49,119 bases of DNA from Enoplolaimus lenunculus (lineage: Eukaryota), in NCBI GenBank assembly GCA_030248215.1, contig JASANG010004046.1, forward strand, positions 496,001 to 545,119, read 5' to 3'. This document shows positions 36,734 to 49,119 of the stretch, piece after piece. Made by a program: the position numbers and the translations under genes. Position 1 is the first letter of the stretch. Each line of letters starts with the position of its first letter. The notes below the pieces were generated by a model. It had not been told where the DNA came from. It did not search any database and was given only the letters and a program-made list of their open reading frames with translations.

Positions 36734-38108
36734 CTTCAATTTAAGCATAAAAAGCATTGCATTTCAACATTTTTGGTGCCATGTGCTGAAAAACTATTCT
36801 GGCTTCTCCACAGCTTGAAAATTTCCGCCGGGGGGGGGAGCGTTTCCTGGGGGCCCCCAGGAGTTTCCTGGGGGGCAGCTAATTTTGCTGGGGGGCAGTT
36901 TTCCTGGGGGCCCCCAGATGATCTGGGGATCCTGGGGGCAGGCTCAAAATTTTGCAAGCCGACTTTTTGGACCATTTTTTTATTCTAGATCGTGTTTCCA
37001 ACTCAACTGAAGATTACTCATCGCTCAACATGACAAAAATTCCCCGCAAACGCTAATAACAATAATTTTAACTAATATTACTGACAACTTTACCAGAAGT
37101 TGAAAGAAGCACAATTATATAAAATATAGATAATCTATAATTGAAACTGTGATTAACGTATATTTTATATATTAGTCACAGCTTCAGTTTATCATAAGGC
37201 TCAGGCGGGTTGAACTTGTTGCTGCAAGGTACTTTCGAATGCTGTATGCCCTGAAACGGTCTTTATATAATTGTGTTTTTTCAGTTCATTATTGAATTGT
37301 ACTAGTTACTACCGGTATTTGTAACGCTATTAAAAAATTATGAGTACTCAGCGTAATATAAAATCACATTTTGTCGAATGTCCGCCTCAAAAAAAGTCCA
37401 GGTCTTTATGTTTTAACATTGAAATTTTTTGGCTTAGAAAAGTCCTGGGGGGCCCCAGCAAAAAATTTGCTGGGGGGCGGCCGAAAATTCGCCGGGGGGC
37501 CTTTCCTGGGGGCGACAAAATTTTCGCCGGGGAGAAAATGAAAATTTCGAAAAGTGCTGGGGCCCCCGCCCACCCGCTGTGGAGAAGCCAGCTATTTTAA
37601 GTGAAATTGTGCTAAAAATAATTTATCGGCAGCAGTTATTTTTCATTATCCTGTTTCGGTCCCAGGATGAAATTGAAATCAGGTGTTTTTTTTTTACTTT
37701 TCGGTTCTGTTTGCTAGGTTTTTTAATCCCATTTACACCCTGGCAGTTGTGTCAGCCGATTGTTTGAAGACCTATTATAAACTGATTATAGGTGTTGTTA
37801 TCTGTAACGCTGTTTCTTCAATTTAAGCATAAAAAGCATTGCATTACAACATTTTTGGTGCCATGTGCTGAAAAACCGCCATGTGGTTTAACTATTTTAG
37901 GTGAAATTGTGCTGGAAATGATTTATAGGCAGCAGTTATTTTTCTTTATCCGGTTTCGTTCCCAGTATGAAATTGAAATCAGGTGTTATTTTTACTTTTA
38001 GGTTCTGTTTGCCAGGTTTTTGAATCCCATTTACACCCTGGCAGTTGTGTCAGCCGATTGTGTGAAGACCTATTATAAACTGGCTACAGGTGCTGCTACC
38101 TGTAACAC
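36734..38108. repeat. Tandem duplication of a ~290-bp segment; first copy interrupted by a DNA element
   Basis: CTTCAATTTAAGCATAAAAAGCATTGCATT...GCCATGTGCTGAAAAA at ~36734 and ~37815; CTATTTTA.GTGAAATTGTGCT...GAAGACCTATTATAAACTG at ~37592 and ~37893. Confidence 0.85.
36799..37591. mobile_element. Non-autonomous DNA transposon, perfect 16-bp TIR, 5-bp TSD
   Basis: TIR CTGGCTTCTCCACAGC / GCTGTGGAGAAGCCAG; TSD CTATT (36794-36798, 37592-37596); subterminal CCTGGGGG repeats. Confidence 0.85.
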
Positions 38109-38593
38109 TGTGCAATAACTAAATCTTATTGTCACGGCTGCCATGATTTTATCACACTCACAGCAATTTAGTCTGTTATACCAAAAGAACTGGGTGGATT
38201 AGTTTGTACTTCTTACATGTGCGTTTTATATGTAAAAAACCACTAAGTTTTTCTGATTCACTACGCGCTTCCAGTGCGTGATATTAACAGTATTAGTAAT
38301 AATCATAAATCATATGAACACGATAGTGTTCATATATATGATTCGCGCATCTCAAGCGCGTATTTTCAGTTTAGTTCGCATGTTGGTGCTCAAGTAATAT
38401 CAGACCTGTATCGTTTAAATTTTGTACACTGGTATCCTGGTACGTAAGGAATATTTGTGCCAAAGGATTTTGCAAACCAGTGTGGTCTTCAATAGTTACG
38501 GTCAAAAAACTCCTTACAGAAAGTGCACGAAATTTTTCATTTTGGTTCAACACTTTTTACACGTTAGCTATGTAATTTTACGATTATAACTTT

Positions 38594-41500
38594 CACCACT
38601 TTATAGAGCTTACGGTTGGTTTCACCCCAACAGTCGGTTTCACCCCAACGGTTGGTTTCACCCCAACGGTTGGTTTCACCCCAACGGTTAGTTTTACCCC
38701 AACGGTTGGTTTTGCCCCAACGGTTGGTTTTGCCCCAACGGTTGGTTTCACCCCAACGGTTGGTTTCACCCCAACAGTCGGTTTCTCCCCAACGATTGGT
38801 TTCACGCCAACGGTTGGTTTCAGCTCAACGGTTGGTTTCACCCCAACGGTTGGTTTCACCCCAACGGTTGGTTTCAGCTCAACGGTTGGTTTCACCCCAA
38901 CGGTTGGCTTCACCAAACGGATGGTTTCACCCTAACGGATGGTTTCACCACAACAGTGGGTTCACCCCAACGGTTGGTTTCACCCCAACGGTTGGTCTCA
39001 CCCCAACAGTCGGTTTCACCCCAACGGTTGGTCTCACCCCAACAGTCGGCTTCACCCCAACGGTTGGTTTTGCCCCAACGGTTAGTTTTGCCCCAACGGT
39101 TGGTTTGGCCCCAACGGTTTTGCCCCAACGTTTGGTTTTGCCCCACCACTTTATAGAGCTTACGGTTGGTTTCACCCCAACGGTTGGTTTCACCCCAACA
39201 GTCGGTTTCACCCCAACGGTTAGTTTTGCCCTAACGATTGGTTTTGCCCCAACGGTTGGTTTCACCGCAACGGTTGGTTTCACCCCAACAGTCGGTTTCT
39301 CCCCAACGGTTGGTTTGACCCCAACGGTTGGTTTCACCCCAACGGTTGGTTTTGCCCCAACGGTTGGTTTTGCCCCAACGGTTGGTTTTGCCCCAACGGT
39401 TGGTTTCAGCTCAACGGTTGGTTTTACCCCAACGGTTGGCTTCGCCAAACGGATGGTTTCACTCCAACGGATGGTTTCACCACAACAGTGGGTTCCACCC
39501 CAACGGTTGGTTTTACCCCAACGGTTGGTTGCACTCCAACGGTTGGTCTCACCCCAACAGTCGGTTTCACCCTAACGGTTGGTCTCACCCCAACAGTCGG
39601 TTTCACTCCAACGGTTGGTTTTGCCCCAACGGTTGGTTTGGCCCCAACGGTTGGTTTCACCGCAACGGTTGGTTTCACCCCAACAGTCGGTTTCTCCCCA
39701 ACGGTTGGTTTCACCCCAACGGTTGGTTTCACCCCAACGGTTGGTTTCACCCCAACAGTCGGTTTCACCCCAACGGTTAGTTTTGCCCCAACGGTTGGTT
39801 TTGCCCTAACGGTTGGTTTTGCCCCAACGGTTGGTTTCACCGCAACGGTTGGTTTCCCTCAACAGTCGGTTTCTCCCCAACGGTTGGTTTCACCCCAACG
39901 GCCCTCAACAGTCGGTTTCTCCCCAACGGTTGGTTTCACCCCAACGGTTGGTTTCACCCCAACAGTCGGTTTCACCCCAACGGTTAGTTTTGCCCCAACG
40001 GTTGGTTTTGCCCCAACGGTTGGTTTTGCCCCAACGGTTGGTTTTGCCCCAACGGTTGGTTTTGCCCCAACGGTTGGTTTCACCCCAACGGTTGGTTTTG
40101 CCCCAACGGTTGGTTTCAGCTCAACGGTTGGTTTCACCCCAACGGTTGGCTTCACCAAACGGATGGTTTCACTCCAACTGATGGTTTCACCACAACAGTG
40201 GGTTCCACCCCAACGGTTGGTTTTACCCCAATGGTTGGTTTCAGCTCAACGGTTGGTTTTACCCCAACGGTTGGCTTCGCCAAACGGATGGTTTCACTCC
40301 AACGGATGGTTTCACCACAACAGTGGGTTCCACCCCAACGGTTGGTTTTACCCCAACGGTTGGTTGCACTCCAACGGTTGGTCTCACCCCAACAGTCGGT
40401 TTCACCCTAACGGTTGGTCTCACCCCAACAGTCGGTTTCACTCCCCAACAGTCGGTTTCACCCCAACGGTTGGTCTCACCCCAACAGTCGGCTTCACCCC
40501 AACGGTTGGTTTTGCCCCAACGGTTTGGTTTCACCCCAACAGTCGGTTTCACCCCAACGGTTAGTTTTGCCCCAACGGTTGGTTTTGCCCTAACGGTTGG
40601 TTTATCCCCAACGGTTGGTGGGGACGGTTGGTCTCACCCCAACAGTCGGTTTCACCCTAACGGTTGGTCTCACCCCAACAGTCGGTTTCACTCCAACGGT
40701 TGGTTTTGCCCCAACGGTTGGTTTGGCCCCAACGGTTGGTTTCACCGCAACGGTTGGTTTCACCCCAACAGTCGGTTTCTCCCCAACGGTTGGTTTCACC
40801 CCAACGGTTGGTTTCACCCCAACGGTTGGTTTGACCCCAACGGTTGGTTCCTCCCCCACCAGTCGGTTACACCCCAACGGTTAGTTTCGCCCCAACGGTT
40901 GGTTTTGCCCTAACGGTTGGTTTTGCCCCAACGGTTGGTTTCACCGCAACGGTTGGTTTCCCCCAACAGTCGGTTTCTCCCCAACGGTTGGTTTCACCCC
41001 AACGGTTGGTTTCACCCCAACGGTTGGTTTTGCCCCAACGGTTGGTTTCACCCCAACGGTTGGTTTCACCCCAACGGTTGGTTTCACCCCAACAGTCGGT
41101 TTCACCCCAACGGTTAGTTTTGCCCCAACGGTTGGTTTTGCCCCAACGGTTGGTTTCACCCCAACGGTTGGTTTTGCCCCAACGGTTGGTTTCAGCTCAA
41201 CGGTTGGTTTCACCCCAACGGTTGGCTTCACCAAACGGATGGTTTCACTCCAACTGATGGTTTCACCACAACAGTGGGTTCCACCCCAACGGTTGGTTTT
41301 ACCCCAATGGTTGGTTTCACTCCAACGGTTGGTCTCACCCCAACAGTCGGTTTCACCCTAACGGTTGGTCTCACCCCAACAGTCGGTTTCACCCCAACGG
41401 TTGGTTTTGCCCCAACGGTTGGTTTGGCCCCAACGGTTGGTTTCACCCCAACGGTTGGTTTCACCCCAACGGTTGGTTTCACCCCAACAGTCGGTTTCTC

Positions 41501-44500
41501 CCCAACGGTTGGTTTCACCCCCGGTTGGTTTTGCCCCACCACTTTATAGAGCTTACGGTTGGTTTCACCCCAACGGTTGGTTTCACCCCAACAGTCGGTT
41601 TCACCCCAACGGTTGGTTTTGCCCCAACGGTTGGTTTCACCCCAACGGTTGGTTTCACCCCAACGGTTGGTTTCACCCCAACAGTCGGTTTCTCCCCAAC
41701 GGTTGGTTTCACCTCCGGTTGGTTTTGCCCCACCACTTTATAGAGCTTACGGTTGGTTTCACCCCAACGGTTGGTCTCACCCCAACAGTCGGTTTCACCC
41801 TAACGGTTGGTCTCACCCCAACAGTCGGTTTCACTCCAACGGTTGGTTTTGCCCCAACGGTTGGTTTGGCCCCAACGGTTGGTTTTGCCCCAACGGTTGG
41901 TTTTGCCCCAACGGTTGGTTTTGCCCCAACGGTTGGTTTCACCCCAACGGTTGGTTTTGCCCCAACGGTTGGTTTCAGCTCAACGGTTGGTTTCACCCCA
42001 ACGGTTGGCTTCACCAAACGGATGGTTTCACTCCAACGGATGGTTTCACCACAACAGTGGGTTCCACCCCAACGGTTGGTTTTACCCCAATGGTTGGTTT
42101 CACTCCAACGGTTGGTCTCACCCCAACAGTCGGTTTCACCCTAACGGTTGGTCTCACCCCAACAGTCGGTTTCACCCCAACGGTTGGTTTTGCCCCAACG
42201 GTTGGTTTGGCCCCAACGGTTGGTTTCACCCCAACGGTTGGTTTCACCCCAACGGTTGGTTTCACCCCAACGGTTGGTTTCACCCCAACAGTCGGTTTCT
42301 CCCCAACGGTTGGTTTCACCTCCGGTTGGTTTTGCCCCACCACTTTATAGAGCTTACGGTTGGTTTCACCCCAACGGTTGGTTTCACCCCAACAGTCGGT
42401 TTCACCCCAACGGTTGGTTTTGCCCCAACGGTTGGTTTCACCCCAACGGTTGGTTTCACCCCAACGGTTGGTTTCACCCCAACAGTCGGTTTCTCCCCAA
42501 CGGTTGGTTTCACCTCCGGTTGGTTTTGCCCCACCACTTTATAGAGCTTACGGTTGGTTTCACCCCAACGGTTGGTCTCACCCCAACAGTCGGTTTCACC
42601 CTAACGGTTGGCTCCACCCAACAGTCGGTTGCACCCCAACGGGTGGTTTCGCCCTAACGGTTGGTTTGGCCCCAACGGTTGGTTTCACCGCAACGGTTGG
42701 TTTCACCCCAACAGTCTGTTTCTCGCCAACGGTTGGTTTCACCCCAACGGTTGGTTTCACCCCAACGGTTGGTCTCACCCCAACAGTCGGTTTCACCGTA
42801 ACGGTTGGCTCCCACCCCAACGGTGGGTTTCACCCCAACGGTTGGTTTTGCCCCAACGGTTGGTTTCGCCCCAACGGTTGGTTTCACCCTAACGGTTGGT
42901 TTCACCCCAACGGTTCGTTTGACCCGAACGGTTGGTTTCACCCCAACAGTCGGTTTCTCCCCAACGGTTGGTTTCACCTGGTTGGTTTTGCCCCACCACT
43001 TTATAGAGCTTACGGTTGGTTTCACCCCAACGGTTGGTATCACCCCAACAGTACGTTTCACCCCAACTCTTTGATAATCACAAACTGTAGTTTTCACCAC
43101 AACGGTTGGTTTCACCCCAACGGTTGGTTTCACCCCAACGGTCGGTGTCTCCCCAACGGTTGGTTTCACTCTCCGGTTGGTTTTGCCCCACCACTTTATA
43201 GAGCTTACGGTTGGTTTCACCCCAACGGTTGGTCTCACCCCAACAGTCGGTTTCACCCAAACGGTTGGTTTCACCCCAACAGTAGGTTTAACACCAACGG
43301 TTGGTTTTTCCCAAACAGTTGGTTTGGCCCCAACGGGTGGGTTCACCGAACGGTTCGTTTCACCCCAACAGTCGGTTTTCTCCCTTTCCCAACGGTTGGT
43401 TTCACCCCAACGGTTGGTTTCACCCCAACTGTCGTTTTCCCCCCAACGGTTTTTTTTGCCCAAACGTTTGTTTTTGCCCTAAGGTTGGGTTTTGCCCCAA
43501 CGGTTGGTTTCACCGCAACGGTTGGTTTCCCCCAACAGTCGGTTTCTCCCCAACGGTTGGTTTCCCCCAACAGTCGGTTTCACCCCAACAGTCGGTTTCT
43601 CCCCAACGGTTGGTTTCACCCCAACGGTTGGTTTCACCTCAACGGTTGGTTTCACCCCAACGGTTGGTTTCACCCCAACAGTCGGTTTCTCCCCAACGGT
43701 TGGTTTCACCTCCGGTTGGTTTTGCCCCACCACTTTATAGAGCTTACGGTTGGTTTCACCCCAACGGTTGGTTTCACCTCCGGTTGGTTTTGCCCCACCA
43801 CTTTATATAGCTTACGGTTGGTTTCTCCCCAACTGTCGGTTTCTCCCCAACGGTTGGTTTCACCCCAACGGTTGGTTTCACCCCAACAGTCGGTTTCTCC
43901 CCAACGGTTGGTTTCACCCCAACGGTTGGTTTCACCCCAACGGTTGGTTTCACCCCAACGGTTGGTTTCACCCCAACAGTCGGTTTCTCCCCAACGGTTG
44001 GTTTCACCTCCGGTTGGTTTTGCCCCACCACTTTATAGAGCTTACGGTTGGTTTCACCCCAACGGTTGGTTTCACCCCAACAGTCGGTTTCACCCCAACG
44101 GTTGGTTTTGCCCCAACGGTTGGTTTCAGCTCAACGGTTGGTTTTACCCCAACGGTTGGCTTCGCCAAACGGATGGTTTCACTCCAACGGATGGTTTCAC
44201 CACAACAGTGGGTTCCACCCCAACGGTTGGTTTTACCCCAACGGTTGGTTGCACTCCAACGGTTGGTCTCACCCCAACAGTCGGTTTCACCCTAACGGTT
44301 GGTCTCACCCCAACAGTCGGTTTCACTCCAACGGTTGGTTTTGCCCCAACGGTTGGTTTGGCCCCAACGGTTGGTTTCACCGCAACGGTTGGTTTCACCC
44401 CAACAGTCGGTTTCTCCCCAACGGTTGGTTTCACCCCAACGGTTGGTTTCACCCCAACGGTTGGTTTCACCCCAACAGTCGGTTTCACCCCAACGGTTAG

Positions 44501-47500
44501 TTTTGCCCCAACGGTTGGTTTTGCCCTAACGGTTGGTTTTGCCCCAACGGTTGGTTTCACCGCAACGGTTGGTTTCCCCCAACAGTCGGTTTCTCCCCAA
44601 CGGTTGGTTTCACCCCAACGGTTGGTTTCACCCCAACAGTCGGTTTCTCCCCAACGGTTGGTTTCACCCCAACGGTTGGTTTCACCCCAACGGTTGGTTT
44701 CACCCCAACAGTCGGTTTCACCCCAACGGTTAGTTTTGCCCCAACGGTTGGTTTTGCCCCAACGGTTGGTTTTGCCCCAACGGGGTCCCCAACGGTTGGT
44801 TTTGCCCCCTTCCCGTTTCACCCCAACGGTTGGTTTTGCCCCAACGGTTGTTTTCACCACAACGGTTGGTTTCACCCCAACGGTTGGATTCACCAAAACG
44901 ATGGTTTAACACCAAAAGATGGTTTAAACACAACAGTGGGTACAACCCCAACGGTTGGTTTTACCCCCATGGTTGGTGTCGCTCCAACGGTTGGTCTCGC
45001 CCCAACAGTCGGTTTCACCCTAACGGTCTCACCCCAACTGTCGGTTTCACCCCACCGGTTGGTTTTGCCCCAACGGTTGGTTTGCCCACAACGGTTGGTT
45101 TCACCCCAACGGTTGGTTTCACCCCAACGGTTGGTTTCACCCCAACGGTTGGTTTCACCCCAACAGTTGGTTTCTCCTCGACGGTTACTTCTTGCCCAGG
45201 ACCACCAATTTATGCGCTCGAGTTGGTTTTGCCGAACGGTTAACTTTGCCCAACGGTTGGTTTCACCCCAACGGTCCGGTTTCACCCCAACAGCGGTTTG
45301 AACGTGGTTTCACCCCAACGGTTGGTTTCACCCCAACAGTTGGTTTCACCCCAACGGTTAGTTTTGCCCCAGCGGTTGTTCCCAACGGTTGGTTTTGCCC
45401 CAACGGTTGGTTTCACCCCAACAGTTGGTTTCACCCCAACAGTCGGTTTCTCGGTTAGTTTCGCCCCAACGGTTGGTTTGGCCCCAACGGTTGGTTTCGC
45501 CCCAACGGTTGGTTTTGCCCCAACGGTTGGTTTTGCCCCAACGGTTGGTTTTGCCCCAACGGTTGGTTTGCCCAACGGTCGTTTACCCAACGGTTGGTTT
45601 TGCCCCAACGGTTGGTACCAACGGTTGGTTTCATTTCAACGGTTGGTTTTAGCCCAACGGTTGGCTTCACCAAACGGATGGTTTCACCTTTTCCAACGGA
45701 TGGTTTCACCACAACAGTGGGTTCCACCCCAACGGTTGGTTTTACCCCAACGGTTGGTTTCACCCCAACGGTTGGTTTCACCCCAACAGTTGGTCTCACC
45801 GCCAACGGTCGGTTTCACCCCAACAGTTGGTTTCTCCCCAACGGTTGGTTTCGCCCCAACGGTTGGTTTCACCCCAACGGTCGGTTTCACCCCAACGGTT
45901 GGTTTCTCCCCAACAGGTTGGTTTTACCCTAACGGTGGGTTTCACCCCAACAGTTGGTTTCTCCCCAACGGTTGGGTTCACCCCAACAGTCGGTTTCACC
46001 CCAACGGTTAGTTTTGCCCCAACGGTTGGTTTCGCCCCAACGGTTAGTTTTGCCCCAACGGTTGGTTTTACCCCAACGGTTGGTTTTGCCCCAACAGTTG
46101 GTTTTGCCCCAACGGTTGGTTTCACCCCAACGGTTGGTTTCACCCCAACAGTCGTTTTCACCCCAACGGTTAGTTTGGCCCCAACGGTTGGTTTTCCCCA
46201 ACCGTTGGTTTTGCCCCAACGGTTGGTTTTGCCCCAACGGTTGGTTTTGAAACGCTCCGACGGTTGGTTTCACCCCAACGGTTGGTTTTGCCCGAAGGTT
46301 TGGTTCAGCTCAACGGTTGGTTTCACCCCAACGGTTGGCTTCACCAAACGGATGGCTTCACTCCAACTGATGGTTCCACCACAACAGTGGGTACCACCCC
46401 CAACGGTTGGTTTTACCCCAACGGTTGGTTTCACTCCAACGGTTGGTCTCAACCCAACAGTCGGTTTGCACCCTAACGGTTGGTCTCACCCCAACAGTCG
46501 GTTTCACCCCAACGGTTGGTTTTGCCGGAATGGTTGGTTTGGCCCCAACGGTTGGTTTCACCCCAACGGTTGGTTTAACTCAACGGTTGGTTTCACCCCA
46601 ACGGTTGGTTTCACCCCAACAGTCGGTTTCTCCCCAACGGTTGGTTTCACCTCGTCGGTTGGTTTTGCCAACGACTTTATAGAGCTTACGGTTGGTTTCA
46701 CCCCAACGGTTGGTTTCACCCCAACAGTCGGTTTCACCCCAACGGTTGGTTTCACCCCAACGGTTGGTTTCACCACAACAGTGGGTTCCACCCCAACGGT
46801 TGGTTTTATCCCAACGGTTGGTTTCACCCCAATGGTTGGTTTCACCCCAACGGTTGGTCTCACCCCAACAGTCGGTTTCACCCCAACGGTTGGTTTCACC
46901 ACAACAGTCGGTTTCACCCCAACGGTTGGGTTTACCCCAATGGTTGGTTTCATTCCAACGGTTGGTCTCACCCCAACAGTCGGTTTCACCCTAACGGTTG
47001 GTCTCACCCCAACAGTCGGTTTCAACCCAACGGTTGGTTTCGCCCTAGGTTTGGCCCAACCCAAACGGTTGGTCTCACCCCAACGGTTGGTTTCACCCCA
47101 ACGGTTGGTTTCACCCCAACGGTTGGTTTTCAACTCAACAGTCGGTTTCTCCCCAACGGTCGGATTTCACCTCCGGTTGGTTTTGCCCCACCACTTTATA
47201 GAGCTTATTGTTGGTTTCACCCCAACGGTTGGTTTCACCCCAACAGTCGGTAACACCCCAACGGTTAGGTTTCACTCCAACGGATGGTTTCACCACAACA
47301 GCGGGTTCACACCAATGGTTGGTTTATCCCAACGGTCTGGTTTCACACCAATGGTTGGTTTCGCCCCAACGGTTGGTCTCACCCCAACAGTCGGTTTCAC
47401 CCCAACGGTTGGTCTCAACTCAACAGTCGGTTTCACCCCAACTCTTGGTTTTGCCCCAACGGTTGGTTTGTCCCCAACGGTTGGTTTTGCCCCAACGGTT

Positions 47501-47860
47501 GGTTTCACCAACAGTTGGTTTTACCCCTACAGTTGGTTTCACCCCAACAGTCGGTTTCTCCCCAACGGTTGGTTTCACCCCAACGGTTGGTTTCACCCCA
47601 ATGGTCGGTTTCACCCCAACGGTCGGTTTTCCATCCCAGCGGTTGGTTTCACCCCAACCGTTGGTTCGACCCCAACGGTTGGTTTCACCCCAACGGTTGG
47701 TTTTGCCCCAACGGTCCGCTTCACCCCAGGGGTTGGTTCACCCCAGCGGTTAATTTTACCCCAGCGGTTAATTTTGCACCAGAGGTTGGTTTCACCCTAA
47801 CGGCTGGTTTCACCTCAACGGTCGGTTTCAGCCCAAGGGTTCAACGTACCAACACAAACG
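38594..47860. repeat. 18-bp satellite (CCCCAACGGTTGGTTTCA)n, ~500 monomers with higher-order variant blocks
   Basis: Continuous 18-bp periodicity with recurrent variants (ACAGTCGG, TTTTGCCC, GGTCTCAC, CAGCTCAA, AAACGGATGG) in repeated order; degenerates toward the 3' end. Confidence 0.97.
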
Positions 47861-47926
47861 GTTAGCTTCACCGCAACGGACGATGCCACCACCATGGATT
47901 AATGCAGCAGTTGGTAAAGCGGTTGA

Positions 47927-49115
47927 AACTAGAAAAAATGTCTTAGCACTTGAGCAAAAAAGGGATATGTTTCATATTCCTATTAAAAGTATGGTAAACT
48001 AGATCAGCACATTCGCTTGATGTAACCTGGAAAGGTAATAAGAAACAATAGCGGCCAAAATCATGTTAATTATTAATTTTTCTGAAACATATTGCGTATA
48101 ACAAAATTTCTGTAATATTTTTTGTAAGAAACAGAATGCTTTTCTTGTAATGCAAAGCGAAATGATTTCTGAAATGTAGACAGATTTTGTTTGGAATCCA
48201 TGAATGAATTTTGAAATTCTCTACAAAACGTATTAAGTTTACCTACGGCTTTGTATTACCATAGTTAATTGAATTTCATAAGAGCATTGTGTGGCAACAT
48301 AATGGCTGTTATAGTAATGCGCATTTTCCACCCGAGTTATTTATCTGTTTCACTGCATAGTCACGACTGTCGAAACTGAAAATCGCGCCGTATTCTGGTA
48401 ACATCGATTAACTTGCAAAATCAAAGAACGGTATACCTCAGCCATGTCTCTGTGACCCTAAGGAATTTCTGAAACAAGCTAAAAAATCTGTCAAAAACTT
48501 CAATGTTAGAAATATATTTCCTGTTCGCAAGATGTTTCATAAAATTTGAAACAATTAACATGCAATTTTGGCCGCTATTGTTTCTTAATCCCATTTCCAG
48601 GTTACATCAAGCCAATGCGCTTATCTGATTCATCATACTTTTAATAGGCAACAGGAAACATATTCCTTTTTGCTCAAGTGCTCAGCATTTTTTTCTTAGG
48701 AAAATTTCATAGTCATTGTGCAGTTAATCCTCTTGTCCATTTTGAACCACACGAGCACTATATTGTTGACAAGGTTTATTCAGAGTTATCATGTTTCAGC
48801 TGACTCAAGAAACCGTATCTCAGGAAAAGAAAAGCAATTACTTGTTGAACGCAACGCTCAGCAAGTCGCCAAACGTACGCTTTTCTGGAAATCACAAAGG
48901 AATCGGCTTACACAAAGCGGAACACCAGTGGCAGTGGCTAATCTAAATAAAAATAGCGGCTCTAATTATTTGCAGAGCGCTAGATCACCCACCGCTATTG
49001 TTTCTTAATACCTTTCCAGGTTACATCAAGCGAATGTGCTGATCTAGTTTACCATACTTTTAGAGGAACATGGTCACATATCTTTTTGCTCAAGTGCTGA
49101 GCATTTTTTTCTAGT
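47927..49115. mobile_element. Element with ~130-bp inverted repeats plus an extra internal copy of the right arm
   Basis: 47927-48055 (ACTAGAAAAAATG...CTTGAGCAAAAA...GATGTAACCTGGAAAGG...AACAATAGCGG) is the reverse complement of 48992-49115 and of ~48571-48695. Confidence 0.75.
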
Positions 49116-49119
49116 AAAA

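Noticed and set aside
38594..47860. CRISPR-like array
   Set aside because: Contiguous monomers without unique spacers, no cas genes, eukaryotic context
38593..47865. Dozens of long ORFs (up to 849 aa) with PTVGFT/PQRLVS/PNGWFH repeats
   Set aside because: The 18-bp consensus monomer has no stop in any frame, so ORFs arise automatically; recurrent frameshifts and no unique flanking domain

Overview
AT-rich eukaryotic genomic DNA from an invertebrate. A nematode is plausible given TTTCAG/TTTTAG acceptors and scattered TTAGGC/GCCTAA motifs, but this is not proven. Three main things are present. (1) A ~9.3-kb LTR retroelement (6652-15913) with 1.34-kb TG...CA LTRs, a PBS and a PPT, a broken and truncated gag, no recognisable pol, and an intact ~970-codon ORF of unknown function. 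Its LTRs carry four co-varying hairpins and its leader carries a ~183-bp tandem array. It sits between inverted arms of another repeat and has no TSD. (2) A five-exon C3orf33-like gene with an SNase-like fold (17645-21546). (3) A ~9.3-kb 18-bp satellite with higher-order structure (38594-47860). The rest is a dense patchwork of MITEs (piggyBac-, hAT-, Tc1/mariner-like, foldback), tRNA-derived fragments, a 24-bp minisatellite and unassigned exon-like pieces. Most ORFs in the supplied track are repeat artefacts. Some regions show signs of long-read base-calling error.
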